64,000 nucleotides of DNA from a virus. Lineage: Duplodnaviria; Caudoviricetes. Positions 1 through 8,483 of the stretch are shown piece by piece. Position 1 is the stretch's first letter; each line of letters begins with the position of its first letter. Below the pieces are notes generated by a model that ran no database searches, had not been told where the DNA came from, and saw only the letters and a list, made by a program, of their open reading frames with translations. The DNA lies in IMG/VR virus record IMGVR_UViG_3300023267_000001, positions 12,043 through 76,042 of that record, one strand, 5' to 3'. Both the position numbers and the translations under genes were made by a program.

Positions 1-197
1 CACATCATCTGCCGTCTGTTGGCGGGCGCAATCATTTATTGCTGACACAATGTTCACAAATTACTTTAAAAGCCAGCAACAGTCTGGTGGGACATTACCT
101 CGGAGCTTATTTCCATCATCAAAAACAGCAAGTTTCTCTACAACGCAAAGACAGTTGAGGCTGTCCATGCGTTTTTAACAGCTATGGAGCAGGGCAA

Positions 198-446
198 ATG
201 AACCCAATCAACGGCAGATTATCCATTCAACCCGTTCGTTTTGGGCTTTTCGAGCTTCGGGACGCCTCTGGAGTGTCTAGAGCGACATGCGGGGACGAAA
301 ACGCAGCCTTGGCCCTTCTAGAGGCCTACAACACTGCTTTAGAGGCTGATTCGGTCAGGCTCGACATCACCAAGTCGCTGCCTAAAGAAACCTATGGCGG
401 CCAGTTTCACGGCGGCTATCTAAAAAATTTCAACCATCAAAAGTGA
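198..446 (+). CDS. hypothetical phage protein
   Basis: 82-aa ATG ORF, co-oriented with the early operon; no recognisable motif. Confidence 0.55.
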   Translation: MNPINGRLSIQPVRFGLFELRDASGVSRATCGDENAALALLEAYNTALEADSVRLDITKSLPKETYGGQFHGGYLKNFNHQK

Positions 447-454
447 GTTTTATG

Positions 455-483
455 TTGACGGAGAAAAACAACGGGGGTAGGGT
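455..483 (+). promoter_or_regulatory. putative sigma70 promoter TTGACG-N17-TAGGGT
   Basis: -35 at 455-460, 17-bp spacer, -10 at 478-483 retaining T, A and final T; precedes a structured non-coding leader. Confidence 0.4.
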
Positions 484-501
484 TGCGGCACTCAAAGGCT
501 T

Positions 502-606
502 GCTAGCGCGAGACGATGAAGTTCTAAAAAGTTTACGGTGGTTCCGGTCATGGGGCAATTTCCCCCGAAGTCTCGCCCGCGCTAGCATGACCGGAACCTT
601 TTTGTT
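502..606 (+). ncRNA. structured RNA / attenuator-like element (C4/CI-like architecture)
   Basis: 13-bp perfect stem 540-552/586-598, inner GGGG/CCCC hairpin, U-tract 599-606; loop 570-586 is complementary to upstream 502-514. Confidence 0.5.
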
Positions 607-939
607 CCATTTGAGCCTCTTTGCCACTGGCGTTAATGCTATGACCACGGGCAAAAATCACGGCCTGTGGATAAATAAACAAACCGGCAGGCAGCAGGGA
701 ACAGCCCTGCCAACGTCGCCACGCTCTAATTGCGTAACTATGGCGGCAACTGTGAGTCACGGCGGAGCAAATCGCCTAAGGTGTGTGGCTGGTAGCCAGT
801 GAAACCGAAAGACTCCTCGAAAGCTACGAAGTGTGTCCGAAAGAAACAAATTTCAAGGCGAACAGTAAATCCGACTTGGGTTTACTGTCGTGCCAACGAG
901 CGGAACCGAAGAAACAATCAATCCAATGCAGGGTATAAT

Positions 940-1428
940 ATGAGCCGATTCCAAGATTTAATGGGGCAGGCGTTAAGCCACTGGTTGCCAAATCAGCGCA
1001 GGTTTGAAAATTACCGTCCCGACTGGCTGTTCGGCATGGAGTTGGATTTTTACTTCCCTGATTTAAACATGGCGGTTGAGGTTCAAGGTAAACAGCACTA
1101 TAAATTTACTCCCAAGTTTCACAAAACACGGGCTGATGGATACGCCCAAAGACAGCGCGATTCAAGAAAGAAAAACCTATGTAATGAACGCGGAGTTAGA
1201 ATCCTAATCGCTAGAACTGGTGGTGGAACATGCTTCTGTGGGATGGAACAAAAACTGCGTGACCACCTTGGAATTTCAATCCCCAGAGTGACCCAAAGCA
1301 TGCGCCAAGAATGGAAAATCCACTTGGCCATTTTACACAAAATATCGGTTGGTGAAGATGTTTGCCGCAAAGAGTGGAAAAGCTCGCCAAAACTAATGGC
1401 CCTGCTTGCGAAGGGCTATCAAGCTTAA
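940..1428 (+). CDS. Vsr/DUF559-like PD-(D/E)XK endonuclease
   Basis: ELDFYFPDLNMAVEVQGKQH and RDSRKKNLCNERGVRIL motifs; start moved to ATG 940. Confidence 0.7.
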   Translation: MSRFQDLMGQALSHWLPNQRRFENYRPDWLFGMELDFYFPDLNMAVEVQGKQHYKFTPKFHKTRADGYAQRQRDSRKKNLCNERGVRILIARTGGGTCFCGMEQKLRDHLGISIPRVTQSMRQEWKIHLAILHKISVGEDVCRKEWKSSPKLMALLAKGYQA

Positions 1429-1444
1429 AAAAGACTACCAGCTT

Positions 1445-1666
1445 ATGAATATCAAATTTAACGGTGACGGACGAGACTACAAAGGCGGACTAGCCCATGA
1501 TTCCGACTTGGTTCACGCCGATGGAGCGATTCAGGACTACACGCTATGCGGTTTAACATTGGATGGCGACAGTGCAACTTGTGGAGACTGGAAAACCACC
1601 AGAGAGAAAATCACCTGCTCTCAATGTATCGACATCATCAAACACTGCAAGTCGATAAGGCTTTGA
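1445..1666 (+). CDS. small putative Zn-binding protein
   Basis: H..TLCG..TCSQC pattern; start taken at MNIKF of the 1406 ORF. Confidence 0.55.
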   Translation: MNIKFNGDGRDYKGGLAHDSDLVHADGAIQDYTLCGLTLDGDSATCGDWKTTREKITCSQCIDIIKHCKSIRL

Positions 1667-1704
1667 AATTAAATCCTAACCCCACATTTGGGCATTAATA
1701 ATTT

Positions 1705-1911
1705 ATGAAAATAAAACTGCAAACACTGATATACGCATGCCTGCCAACACTGTTGCTGACCATGTATGGGCTGACCACCATTCACCAGAAGATTCCACCA
1801 ACCCCAGAAGGCGCGGAATACACTTGGAGAGTTCCCTATGGGATTTTTGTGATTTGTGGGCTGGTCGCATTTTTTGCCTTCATTGGAGGTAAAATAGACT
1901 CTGATAAATAA
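1705..1911 (+). CDS. small two-TM membrane protein
   Basis: two hydrophobic segments; TTTATG start context. Confidence 0.65.
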   Translation: MKIKLQTLIYACLPTLLLTMYGLTTIHQKIPPTPEGAEYTWRVPYGIFVICGLVAFFAFIGGKIDSDK

Positions 1912-1915
1912 TTTT

Positions 1916-2224
1916 ATGAGACTGGCTAAAAAACACTGGCTGGTTTATCTGGCCTATCTGCCGGAGCGGATTATGAAAAGCCCGATTGATATTCCGGCTC
2001 AGACATCGCTTTGCAGCTTGATTGGAAAGGCGTTTATATCCACCCCACTTTTTATCGCGGTTGGATTGCCGGTGGCCACGGTCATTGCATGCGCCATTGG
2101 AGTCTTGTGCCTGCCCATGATAATATGGGATTGGAAGCTGAAATCGCGGTGGGATAAAAGTGTTATCAAGGCTTCAATTCTAGACTTCAAAAACAAGACC
2201 TGCACGAAGGTTGAGATTGAATGA
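1916..2224 (+). CDS. hypothetical membrane protein
   Basis: hydrophobic stretch FIAVGLPVATVIACAIGVLCLPMIIW. Confidence 0.65.
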   Translation: MRLAKKHWLVYLAYLPERIMKSPIDIPAQTSLCSLIGKAFISTPLFIAVGLPVATVIACAIGVLCLPMIIWDWKLKSRWDKSVIKASILDFKNKTCTKVEIE

Positions 2225-2227
2225 TTT

Positions 2228-2491
2228 ATGAAGAAGCCCACCGACAAAGAAATCATGTCAGCCCTGATTAAACAGGTCACACTGGCGGCAAAAGGTGACA
2301 GCGAGCTTAACGTGGTCACAATAATCACCAAACCCATGTGGAGGGCATTCCTGCGGGCTTGTGGTGGCACTGATTTTGAAAAAGGCGCAACCGAGTGGTT
2401 GGGCATCGGTGCGACCTACCGCGTCTATGGCTCTAAAACCATTGTGGTTGATTCAAGGAACATGGCGTCGGTAAGCATGAGAAAGAAGTGA
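2228..2491 (+). CDS. hypothetical protein, paralog of 2925-3191
   Basis: shares EIMxALIKQV, VVTxITKPMWxAFLRA and RVYGSxTIVV with 2925-3191. Confidence 0.75.
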   Translation: MKKPTDKEIMSALIKQVTLAAKGDSELNVVTIITKPMWRAFLRACGGTDFEKGATEWLGIGATYRVYGSKTIVVDSRNMASVSMRKK

Positions 2492-2494
2492 TTT

Positions 2495-2734
2495 ATGAAA
2501 ATTGAAACCGGAGTGATGGTGATGAAAAACGGCAAGGCTTGGGGCATAACCCACGAGGACGGGCATTCCACCAGCTACGGATGGATGGAGCCTGAATCGG
2601 CACCAATCAGCGACCCAAGATATTGCAACAAGCCAACCGATGTCACTTACAGAAACAGCCCTTATATCCAAGAGCTTTCGACCGCCAAAATCGTCAAAGT
2701 TGAGCGCACGACAACGGTTCGCATCATTGAATAA
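2495..2734 (+). CDS. hypothetical phage protein
   Basis: TTTATG start, tightly packed in the operon. Confidence 0.65.
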   Translation: MKIETGVMVMKNGKAWGITHEDGHSTSYGWMEPESAPISDPRYCNKPTDVTYRNSPYIQELSTAKIVKVERTTTVRIIE

Positions 2735-2737
2735 TTT

Positions 2738-2920
2738 ATGAAAAAGCCTCAACCCCTAAACTTCATCGGCCTGACAGCCACAGAGCTTAAACAGCTTGCC
2801 CATTTCGTTGACTTGGTTGCCTCGGACACGCGGCCAAACTTGCGGACGATGGTTGACGCGATGAAGTTTTCACTACGTCTCAAACAAACAATTAAATCCG
2901 CCAAGACTGCGGGAAGATGA
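2738..2920 (+). CDS. hypothetical phage protein
   Basis: TTTATG start, tightly packed in the operon. Confidence 0.6.
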   Translation: MKKPQPLNFIGLTATELKQLAHFVDLVASDTRPNLRTMVDAMKFSLRLKQTIKSAKTAGR

Positions 2921-2924
2921 TTTT

Positions 2925-3191
2925 ATGAAGAAAATAAAAGATGAGGAAATAATGCACGCTTTAATCAAGCAGGTGTTGACCGCCGCGAACGGTGGTAATG
3001 AGCAGGGCGTTGTCACTGTGATTACAAAACCAATGTGGCAGGCGTTTTTAAGGGCGACAGGTGGCAACCCTAAACAGAAGCCAACTAAAATGCTCGGTGT
3101 TGGAAACACTTTTAGGGTCTACGGCTCGCACACCATTGTTGTAGAAAGCACTCAAATGAAATCGTTCAGCTTTAAGGTTGAACCAGCTTGA
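2925..3191 (+). CDS. hypothetical protein, paralog of 2228-2491
   Basis: clear internal homology to 2228-2491. Confidence 0.75.
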   Translation: MKKIKDEEIMHALIKQVLTAANGGNEQGVVTVITKPMWQAFLRATGGNPKQKPTKMLGVGNTFRVYGSHTIVVESTQMKSFSFKVEPA

Positions 3192-3427
3192 ATAACTTTA
3201 TGAAAACCTCCCAACACAATCCCACCAAAACAGGCCGTCGCGCGGCTGGCGAAGAGCCAACTGGTTATGACGTTCGCGGCGTCATGGCTGATTTGAAACA
3301 ACTGCGGGCCAATCCCAGATTAAAAGGCTGGTCTTGGCGGAAGAAGATGATTCCAAAGCCAAAACACATTGCAGGAAGTTTTGAACACGAGGAAATCTAC
3401 AACGAAATCAACCAACACAATTTATGA
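3188..3427 (+). CDS. hypothetical phage protein
   Basis: fills the gap with overlapping stop/start junctions; start may be the ATG at 3200. Confidence 0.55.
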   Translation: MNNFMKTSQHNPTKTGRRAAGEEPTGYDVRGVMADLKQLRANPRLKGWSWRKKMIPKPKHIAGSFEHEEIYNEINQHNL

Positions 3428-3675
3428 CCAAACCAAATGACGGCGGGCCAGCGTTTCCAATTCAAGCAGTTTGCACAGCAGATGGAAATCCGGTCGAATC
3501 CATGCAACCCGGCATGTCCCTGCGTGATTATTTCGCGGCGCAAGCCCTGATTGGAGTCATGGCGTCCTACAACTCAAGCGGATATGACCCAAAGCATCCG
3601 AACATAGTTCCACAGGTCGCTGAAATTTCATTCATGCTGGCTGACGCGATGATTAAACGCTCCAAATCCGTGTAA
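3424..3675 (+). CDS. conserved small phage protein (GGPAFP/GMSLRDYFAA family)
   Basis: NDGGPAFP..GMSLRDYFAAQAL..LADAMIK, a widespread phage hypothetical motif set. Confidence 0.8.
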   Translation: MTKPNDGGPAFPIQAVCTADGNPVESMQPGMSLRDYFAAQALIGVMASYNSSGYDPKHPNIVPQVAEISFMLADAMIKRSKSV

Positions 3676-3695
3676 AATAAATCTTAACAAAAACC

Positions 3696-3724
3696 TTGAC
3701 CAATTTTTACACTTTTGGTCTAAT
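3696..3724 (+). promoter_or_regulatory. sigma70 promoter TTGACC-N17-TCTAAT with overlapping inverted repeat GACCAA-N11-TTGGTC
   Basis: -35 at 3696-3701, -10 at 3719-3724; perfect 6-bp IR at 3698-3703/3715-3720 just upstream of an HTH gene. Confidence 0.6.
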
Positions 3725-3733
3725 AAATCAGTC

Positions 3734-3982
3734 ATGCAACTCAAAACACTTTTGGTCTATCTGCCATCCGGTAAATTAAGCCACTCAAAGACCGGCAAGA
3801 AGGCGCGCAAATACCGGCTGTCATTGGGTGTCAAATCCAACGCGCTCGCCAAGCGAATGGGCTGGGGCGAGAACAAGGGCGCAAGGATAACCCACCTTGA
3901 GAACGGCAGGAAACAATGGACGCCCAAGATTGACCAGCAGGTTTTGAAGGCGTTGCACGAGATTGCGGAGTTTTTTAAATAA
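3734..3982 (+). CDS. XRE/Cro-like helix-turn-helix protein
   Basis: RLSLGVKSNALAKRMGW..RITHLENGRKQ pattern. Confidence 0.7.
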   Translation: MQLKTLLVYLPSGKLSHSKTGKKARKYRLSLGVKSNALAKRMGWGENKGARITHLENGRKQWTPKIDQQVLKALHEIAEFFK

Positions 3983-4003
3983 CCAACAACCAGATTAATT
4001 CAA

Positions 4004-4912
4004 ATGATTAGCTCTTATCCATCCATCTACAACCTTGGTCATGCCGCAATCGCCGATTTGCTCAAAGGCGAGGTCATAGTTGAGGAAAAAATCGACGGCT
4101 CTCAATTCAGCTTCTACAAAAACGAGGCTGGAGAGCTTCAATGCCGGTCAAAAGGTGCGCAGATTAACATGCTGGCACCGGAGGGCATGTTTGAAAAAGC
4201 TATTGAAACCGTCAAATCATTGGCTGACAAAATGCGGGCTGGTTACACCTATCGAGGTGAATACCTGCAAAAACCCAAACACAATGCGCTGGCGCATGAC
4301 CGCGTCCCCGCCAAGCACATCATCTTGTTTGATGTCAATTCAGGCATTGAATCCTATCTAACTCCCGAAGAAAAAAAGGTGTGTGCCGATGAGCTTGGGC
4401 TGGAATTGGTGAAGCAGATTTTTTGCGGCAAGATTGACGATGTGCAACAGTTTCGGGCCTTGCTGGATAATGAATCCGTGCTTGGCGGTCAGAAAATCGA
4501 AGGTGTCGTCATCAAGCCGAAAAATTACGACTTGTTTGGAGGTGATAAGAAATGCCTGTTTGGTAAATTTGTATCCGAGGCTTTCCGTGAAGTTCACTCC
4601 AAAACTTGGGACGACGAACACAAGACTAAATCCAGCGGCGACATACTGGACATCCTTTCGGCCAAGTATGCGACTTGTGCCCGCTGGCAGAAAGCTGTCA
4701 TTCACTTGAAAGAACGTGGGGTGCTGCAAAATGCCCCACAGGACATCGGCGAGCTAATGAAGGAAGTGCCGGAGGATGTCAAAAAAGAATGCGAGTGGGA
4801 CATCATGCAGGAGCTTTTTGCTTGGGCTTGGCCTCAATTACGCCGCCGCTTGAATCACGGATTGCCTGAATGGTATAAGGAAGAATTGCTTAAAAAGCAG
4901 TTCGATAAATAA
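4004..4912 (+). CDS. ATP-dependent RNA ligase-like nucleotidyltransferase (Rnl2-like)
   Basis: motif I EEKIDG, Ia RS, III RGEY, IIIa LFDV, IV EGVVIK, V KFVS. Confidence 0.8.
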   Translation: MISSYPSIYNLGHAAIADLLKGEVIVEEKIDGSQFSFYKNEAGELQCRSKGAQINMLAPEGMFEKAIETVKSLADKMRAGYTYRGEYLQKPKHNALAHDRVPAKHIILFDVNSGIESYLTPEEKKVCADELGLELVKQIFCGKIDDVQQFRALLDNESVLGGQKIEGVVIKPKNYDLFGGDKKCLFGKFVSEAFREVHSKTWDDEHKTKSSGDILDILSAKYATCARWQKAVIHLKERGVLQNAPQDIGELMKEVPEDVKKECEWDIMQELFAWAWPQLRRRLNHGLPEWYKEELLKKQFDK

Positions 4913-4941
4913 CCAAACCACCAACCATTTAAATTGAAATT

Positions 4942-5457
4942 ATGAAAAAGTTCTCAAAAATGACCAAGGCTCAAAAGCGTGTTGCGATTGCCAAGGATGT
5001 TATCAAGCAAATCGCGGCTCGTAACTTTAGGCCCAAGGGTGGAATTTATGTATCTCTAGCCAAGCCCGAGGCTGGCATGGGTGACTATGAAACCACCGCT
5101 GACAAAGCGTTTTTTAACGCCCGCAAGCGTAAGCCATGCGTCGTCTGTGCAAAGGGCGCAATGGTCTGCTCAACAATTCGCCTATTCAACAAATTCAGCG
5201 ACAGTATCGCTGCCCTAGAGCCTAGTGTGGAGAATGTTTTGCGCCGCAATTTTGGGAAGCGCATGGGCGACATGATTGAATGCGCTTTCGAGCAATGGGA
5301 TTTTGACGGATATGATGGTCACGAAAACAACCACATTCTCGGAAAGGATGCAGTAAATCGTTCTTACGCTTTTGGTTTAAAGTATCGCTCCAATACCAAA
5401 CGCATCATCGCCATCATGCGCAACATCATCGCTAACAAGGGGACTTTTAAGCCCTGA
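4942..5457 (+). CDS. hypothetical phage protein
   Basis: 171-aa ORF with a CxxC; operon context. Confidence 0.7.
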   Translation: MKKFSKMTKAQKRVAIAKDVIKQIAARNFRPKGGIYVSLAKPEAGMGDYETTADKAFFNARKRKPCVVCAKGAMVCSTIRLFNKFSDSIAALEPSVENVLRRNFGKRMGDMIECAFEQWDFDGYDGHENNHILGKDAVNRSYAFGLKYRSNTKRIIAIMRNIIANKGTFKP

Positions 5458-5493
5458 ATTAAAAATCTGCCGGTTAAAAATTGAAATAAAAAT

Positions 5494-6435
5494 ATGGAAA
5501 TCAAAAAAGCAACCCGTCAGGGCATCAAACCGTTAATCGGTGTCTATGGCGAATCTGGATGTGGCAAAACAATGACCGCGCTTTTGCTGGCTCGCGGCAT
5601 GGCTGGCCCAAATGGTAAAATCATTCTCATTGATAGCGAGTCTGGTCGAGGCTCCATGTATGCCGACGTGATTGAGGGTGGTTATGACGTGATTGAGTTG
5701 CGTGAACCGTTCAGTCCGGCACGCTACATTGAGGCCATCAAGGCGGTGGAGGATGCCAAGGCTGATGTTCTAGTGATTGATTCAGCCAGCCATGAGCACG
5801 AAGGCATTGGCGGCATCTTGGACATGGCAACCGAGAACGAGGTTCGCAGCGGGAAGGCTGGGCTTCATAACTGGAAAGTTCCAAAGATGGAGCATCAAAA
5901 GTTTATGCTCAAGATGCTGCAATCCACACTTCCAATCATCGTCTGTTTGCGGGCGAAGTATAAAACCCGCCAGAAAAAAGAGAACGGCAAGACGGTCATT
6001 GTGAAGGATGAGGTGACTTCGCCAATTCAGAGTGAGGATTTCATCTACGAAATGTCCTACCATTTCGAGATTTTGCAAAATCACAACATCGTCACAACCA
6101 AGTCATCGCACCCAGACTTGCGCAAATGCTTTCCAGACGACAATTCAACTCCAGTCACGATTGAGAACGGAAAAAGGCTGGCGGAATGGTGCAAGAGCGC
6201 AGGAACCCCCAAGGCGGCGACTTCTGCCACCAAATCTGAACTCGATGCCGCGAAGGGTGCGCTCTGGAACCTGCTCAAGTCCAAATGCAAAGATGTCGTC
6301 GCGCTACAACAATGGCTTGTAGATGAGCGCGTAATCGACCCCGACATGCAGCTTTCAGCCATGTCTGTCGGAGAACTGAAACAAGCCACCAAAATGGCCG
6401 AGGCTCGTCTGGCTGAAATTGAAAATAAAAGTTAA
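5494..6435 (+). CDS. AAA_24 family ATPase (Sak4-like recombination protein)
   Basis: Walker A GESGCGKT, IDSESG, Walker B LVIDSASHE; next to an exonuclease. Confidence 0.85.
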   Translation: MEIKKATRQGIKPLIGVYGESGCGKTMTALLLARGMAGPNGKIILIDSESGRGSMYADVIEGGYDVIELREPFSPARYIEAIKAVEDAKADVLVIDSASHEHEGIGGILDMATENEVRSGKAGLHNWKVPKMEHQKFMLKMLQSTLPIIVCLRAKYKTRQKKENGKTVIVKDEVTSPIQSEDFIYEMSYHFEILQNHNIVTTKSSHPDLRKCFPDDNSTPVTIENGKRLAEWCKSAGTPKAATSATKSELDAAKGALWNLLKSKCKDVVALQQWLVDERVIDPDMQLSAMSVGELKQATKMAEARLAEIENKS

Positions 6436-6437
6436 AA

Positions 6438-7097
6438 TTGAAAACAAACATTTACATTTTGGTTGATGAATTTGGAATGCCTAGATATGTGGGCCGAACT
6501 GTAGCTCGACCACAAACTAGGCTTGCCTCTCACCTTTGGGAGGCAAGAAGCCTGTCTAAAACCTATAAATCGAGATGGATTTTAAGTATGCTTGGGCGGG
6601 GTCTGTCTCCTAAAATTATAGTGATTCAAGTAGTAGTTGGGCTTGCCCATATAGAGGAGTGTATTTGGATAGCCGCATTTAAAAATGCGGGTGCGAGATT
6701 AACCAACTTAACAATCGGCGGCGAGGGTTCTGTTGGAAATATTCAAAGTGATGAATCCCGCCGCAAAAAAAGCTTAGCACTTAGGGGCATGGTTCGCTCG
6801 CTGGAATCAAGAATGAGGATGAGCGCAGCACGGAAAGGAATTCCAATCTCGCAAGCCCACCGAGATAAAATCAGCCTAGCCAACTCTGGCAAGAAGCGAA
6901 CTGAGGCCCAAAGAAAAATAATTTCGCTAAGGCTAACCGGAAGATTGGTTTCAAATAAAACTCGGCTCAAATTGAGTCTAGCAAAGATTGGAAAGCACCT
7001 TTCGAGGGCGACTCGAAATAAAATATCACGCGCAAAAACAGGAGTTAAATTAACACCAAGGCACAAACTTAATATAAAAATCGGGATGAATAATTAA
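6438..7097 (+). CDS. GIY-YIG homing endonuclease with NUMOD3-like repeats
   Basis: IYILV..RYVGRT, NLTIGGEG, repeated basic S-x-E-x-R-x-K-x-S units. Confidence 0.85.
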   Translation: MKTNIYILVDEFGMPRYVGRTVARPQTRLASHLWEARSLSKTYKSRWILSMLGRGLSPKIIVIQVVVGLAHIEECIWIAAFKNAGARLTNLTIGGEGSVGNIQSDESRRKKSLALRGMVRSLESRMRMSAARKGIPISQAHRDKISLANSGKKRTEAQRKIISLRLTGRLVSNKTRLKLSLAKIGKHLSRATRNKISRAKTGVKLTPRHKLNIKIGMNN

Positions 7098-8483
7098 ATG
7101 AAAGCTAAAATACTAAAAATCAAAAACATCGGCATGATTGCCGACGAAATCATTGAGTTGAATCTTCCATTGCTGGTGTTCTACGGCCAGATAAAACAAG
7201 GAAAGACCACCATCCTTAATTGTGTCAGATGGGTTTGTGGTGGTGAATTTCCATCTGACATAATCAGCCACGGAAAAGACGAAGGCTCAATCGAAATTGA
7301 GTTCGATAGCGGTGTCATCAGTCGTTCGTTTTATCGCTCTGCTAAAGGCGGCGAGACGAAGGCGCGTCCAGTTGTTTTTGTGAAGGACGGAAAGCCCGTT
7401 GCCAGCCCTGTCACCGAAATCAAACGAATGCTGAACCCTTTTCTGCTGAATCAGGATTACTTGGCTCAAATGAGCGAACTCGAACGCAAACGCTATTTCA
7501 CCGACCTGTTTGGCGTGGACACCACCGACTTGGATAAAGAGCTTTTCAATCTGGAATCAGCAGCCAGCGGACTACGCTCTGAAATCAAAGGCTTTGGCGA
7601 CATCGACCTGACGAAGTTTGAAACCGCTGATGTCACCGCGCTGAACACGGCTCGGACTGAAATCTTGAACAAGGCCAAGGCCGACCGCGAGAAACTTGAA
7701 TCCGAACTCACGGCAATCAACTCAAAATTCGACGCCGATACCGAGGCATGGCGCAAAACCGTGGATGAAATCAGCGGCAAGAATGCAACCGTTCAGCGCG
7801 GTGAGGAGTCGTTTGAGCGCGTGGCTGGTGAAATCAAGGAGCTTGAGGCAAAACTTGTCGAACTCAAGGCCAAGCAGGACGCCACAAAGAAATGGCTGGA
7901 TGCCAATCCAAAGCAGCTTACGCCTGCCAAGCCCGCCGCACCTGATACCACCAAGCTCAAGGCTGACATTCTGGCCCTGCATTCACCTGACACGGCGGCA
8001 ATCGACAAGCATCTTTCTGATGCCTCTGCCCAGAACGTGCGGGCCGAGCAGTATCAGAAGAATCTTGAGCGCGACAAGCAGCGCAAGGCCAAGCAAGCCG
8101 ACCTTGAAGCCAAGGAGGGCACCATTCGAGACAAGCGCAAGGAGAAAATTGCCCGCCTGACCTCAATCAACGAGTCCTGCAAAATCGCTGGGTTGAAGTT
8201 CGGCGAAGATGGCTCCTTTGAATACGAAGGCACACAAGCGGGAATGCTTTCCACCAGCCAGATTATGAAATTGTCCAGCGAGCTATCCGCGCTTTATCCC
8301 GATGGATTTGGGCTAGAATTGCTTGACCGTGGCGAATCCCTTGGCAAGTCCATCTTCCTGTTCGTCGAACGTGCCAACTCGGAGAAGAAAACGATTCTTG
8401 CGACCGTGGTTGGTGAGAAGCCTGCCAATACGCCGGAAGATGTCGGCGTATTCGTTGTGGAGAATGGAGAAATCAAGAAGTGA
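7098..8483 (+). CDS. SMC/SbcC-like coiled-coil ATPase
   Basis: N-terminal Walker A GQIKQGKTT, long coiled coil, signature LSTSQ, degenerate Walker B LLDRGE. Confidence 0.8.
   Translation: MKAKILKIKNIGMIADEIIELNLPLLVFYGQIKQGKTTILNCVRWVCGGEFPSDIISHGKDEGSIEIEFDSGVISRSFYRSAKGGETKARPVVFVKDGKPVASPVTEIKRMLNPFLLNQDYLAQMSELERKRYFTDLFGVDTTDLDKELFNLESAASGLRSEIKGFGDIDLTKFETADVTALNTARTEILNKAKADREKLESELTAINSKFDADTEAWRKTVDEISGKNATVQRGEESFERVAGEIKELEAKLVELKAKQDATKKWLDANPKQLTPAKPAAPDTTKLKADILALHSPDTAAIDKHLSDASAQNVRAEQYQKNLERDKQRKAKQADLEAKEGTIRDKRKEKIARLTSINESCKIAGLKFGEDGSFEYEGTQAGMLSTSQIMKLSSELSALYPDGFGLELLDRGESLGKSIFLFVERANSEKKTILATVVGEKPANTPEDVGVFVVENGEIKK

Noticed and set aside
1-201. Window ends joining into a circular genome with a divergent switch region
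   Set aside because: No terminal repeat seen, and the left end appears to begin mid-operon (frame 1 open 70-201 without a start), so completeness cannot be claimed
443-802. 119-aa ORF over the structured leader
   Set aside because: No protein-like motifs, and it overlaps a promoter and strong RNA stems; more likely non-coding
934-939. TATAAT as the -10 of the Vsr-like gene
   Set aside because: It abuts the ATG directly and has no -35; geometry does not fit a promoter
6438-7097. GIY-YIG gene as part of a group I intron
   Set aside because: Flanking genes are intact and abut within 0-2 bp, leaving no room for intron core; treated as free-standing
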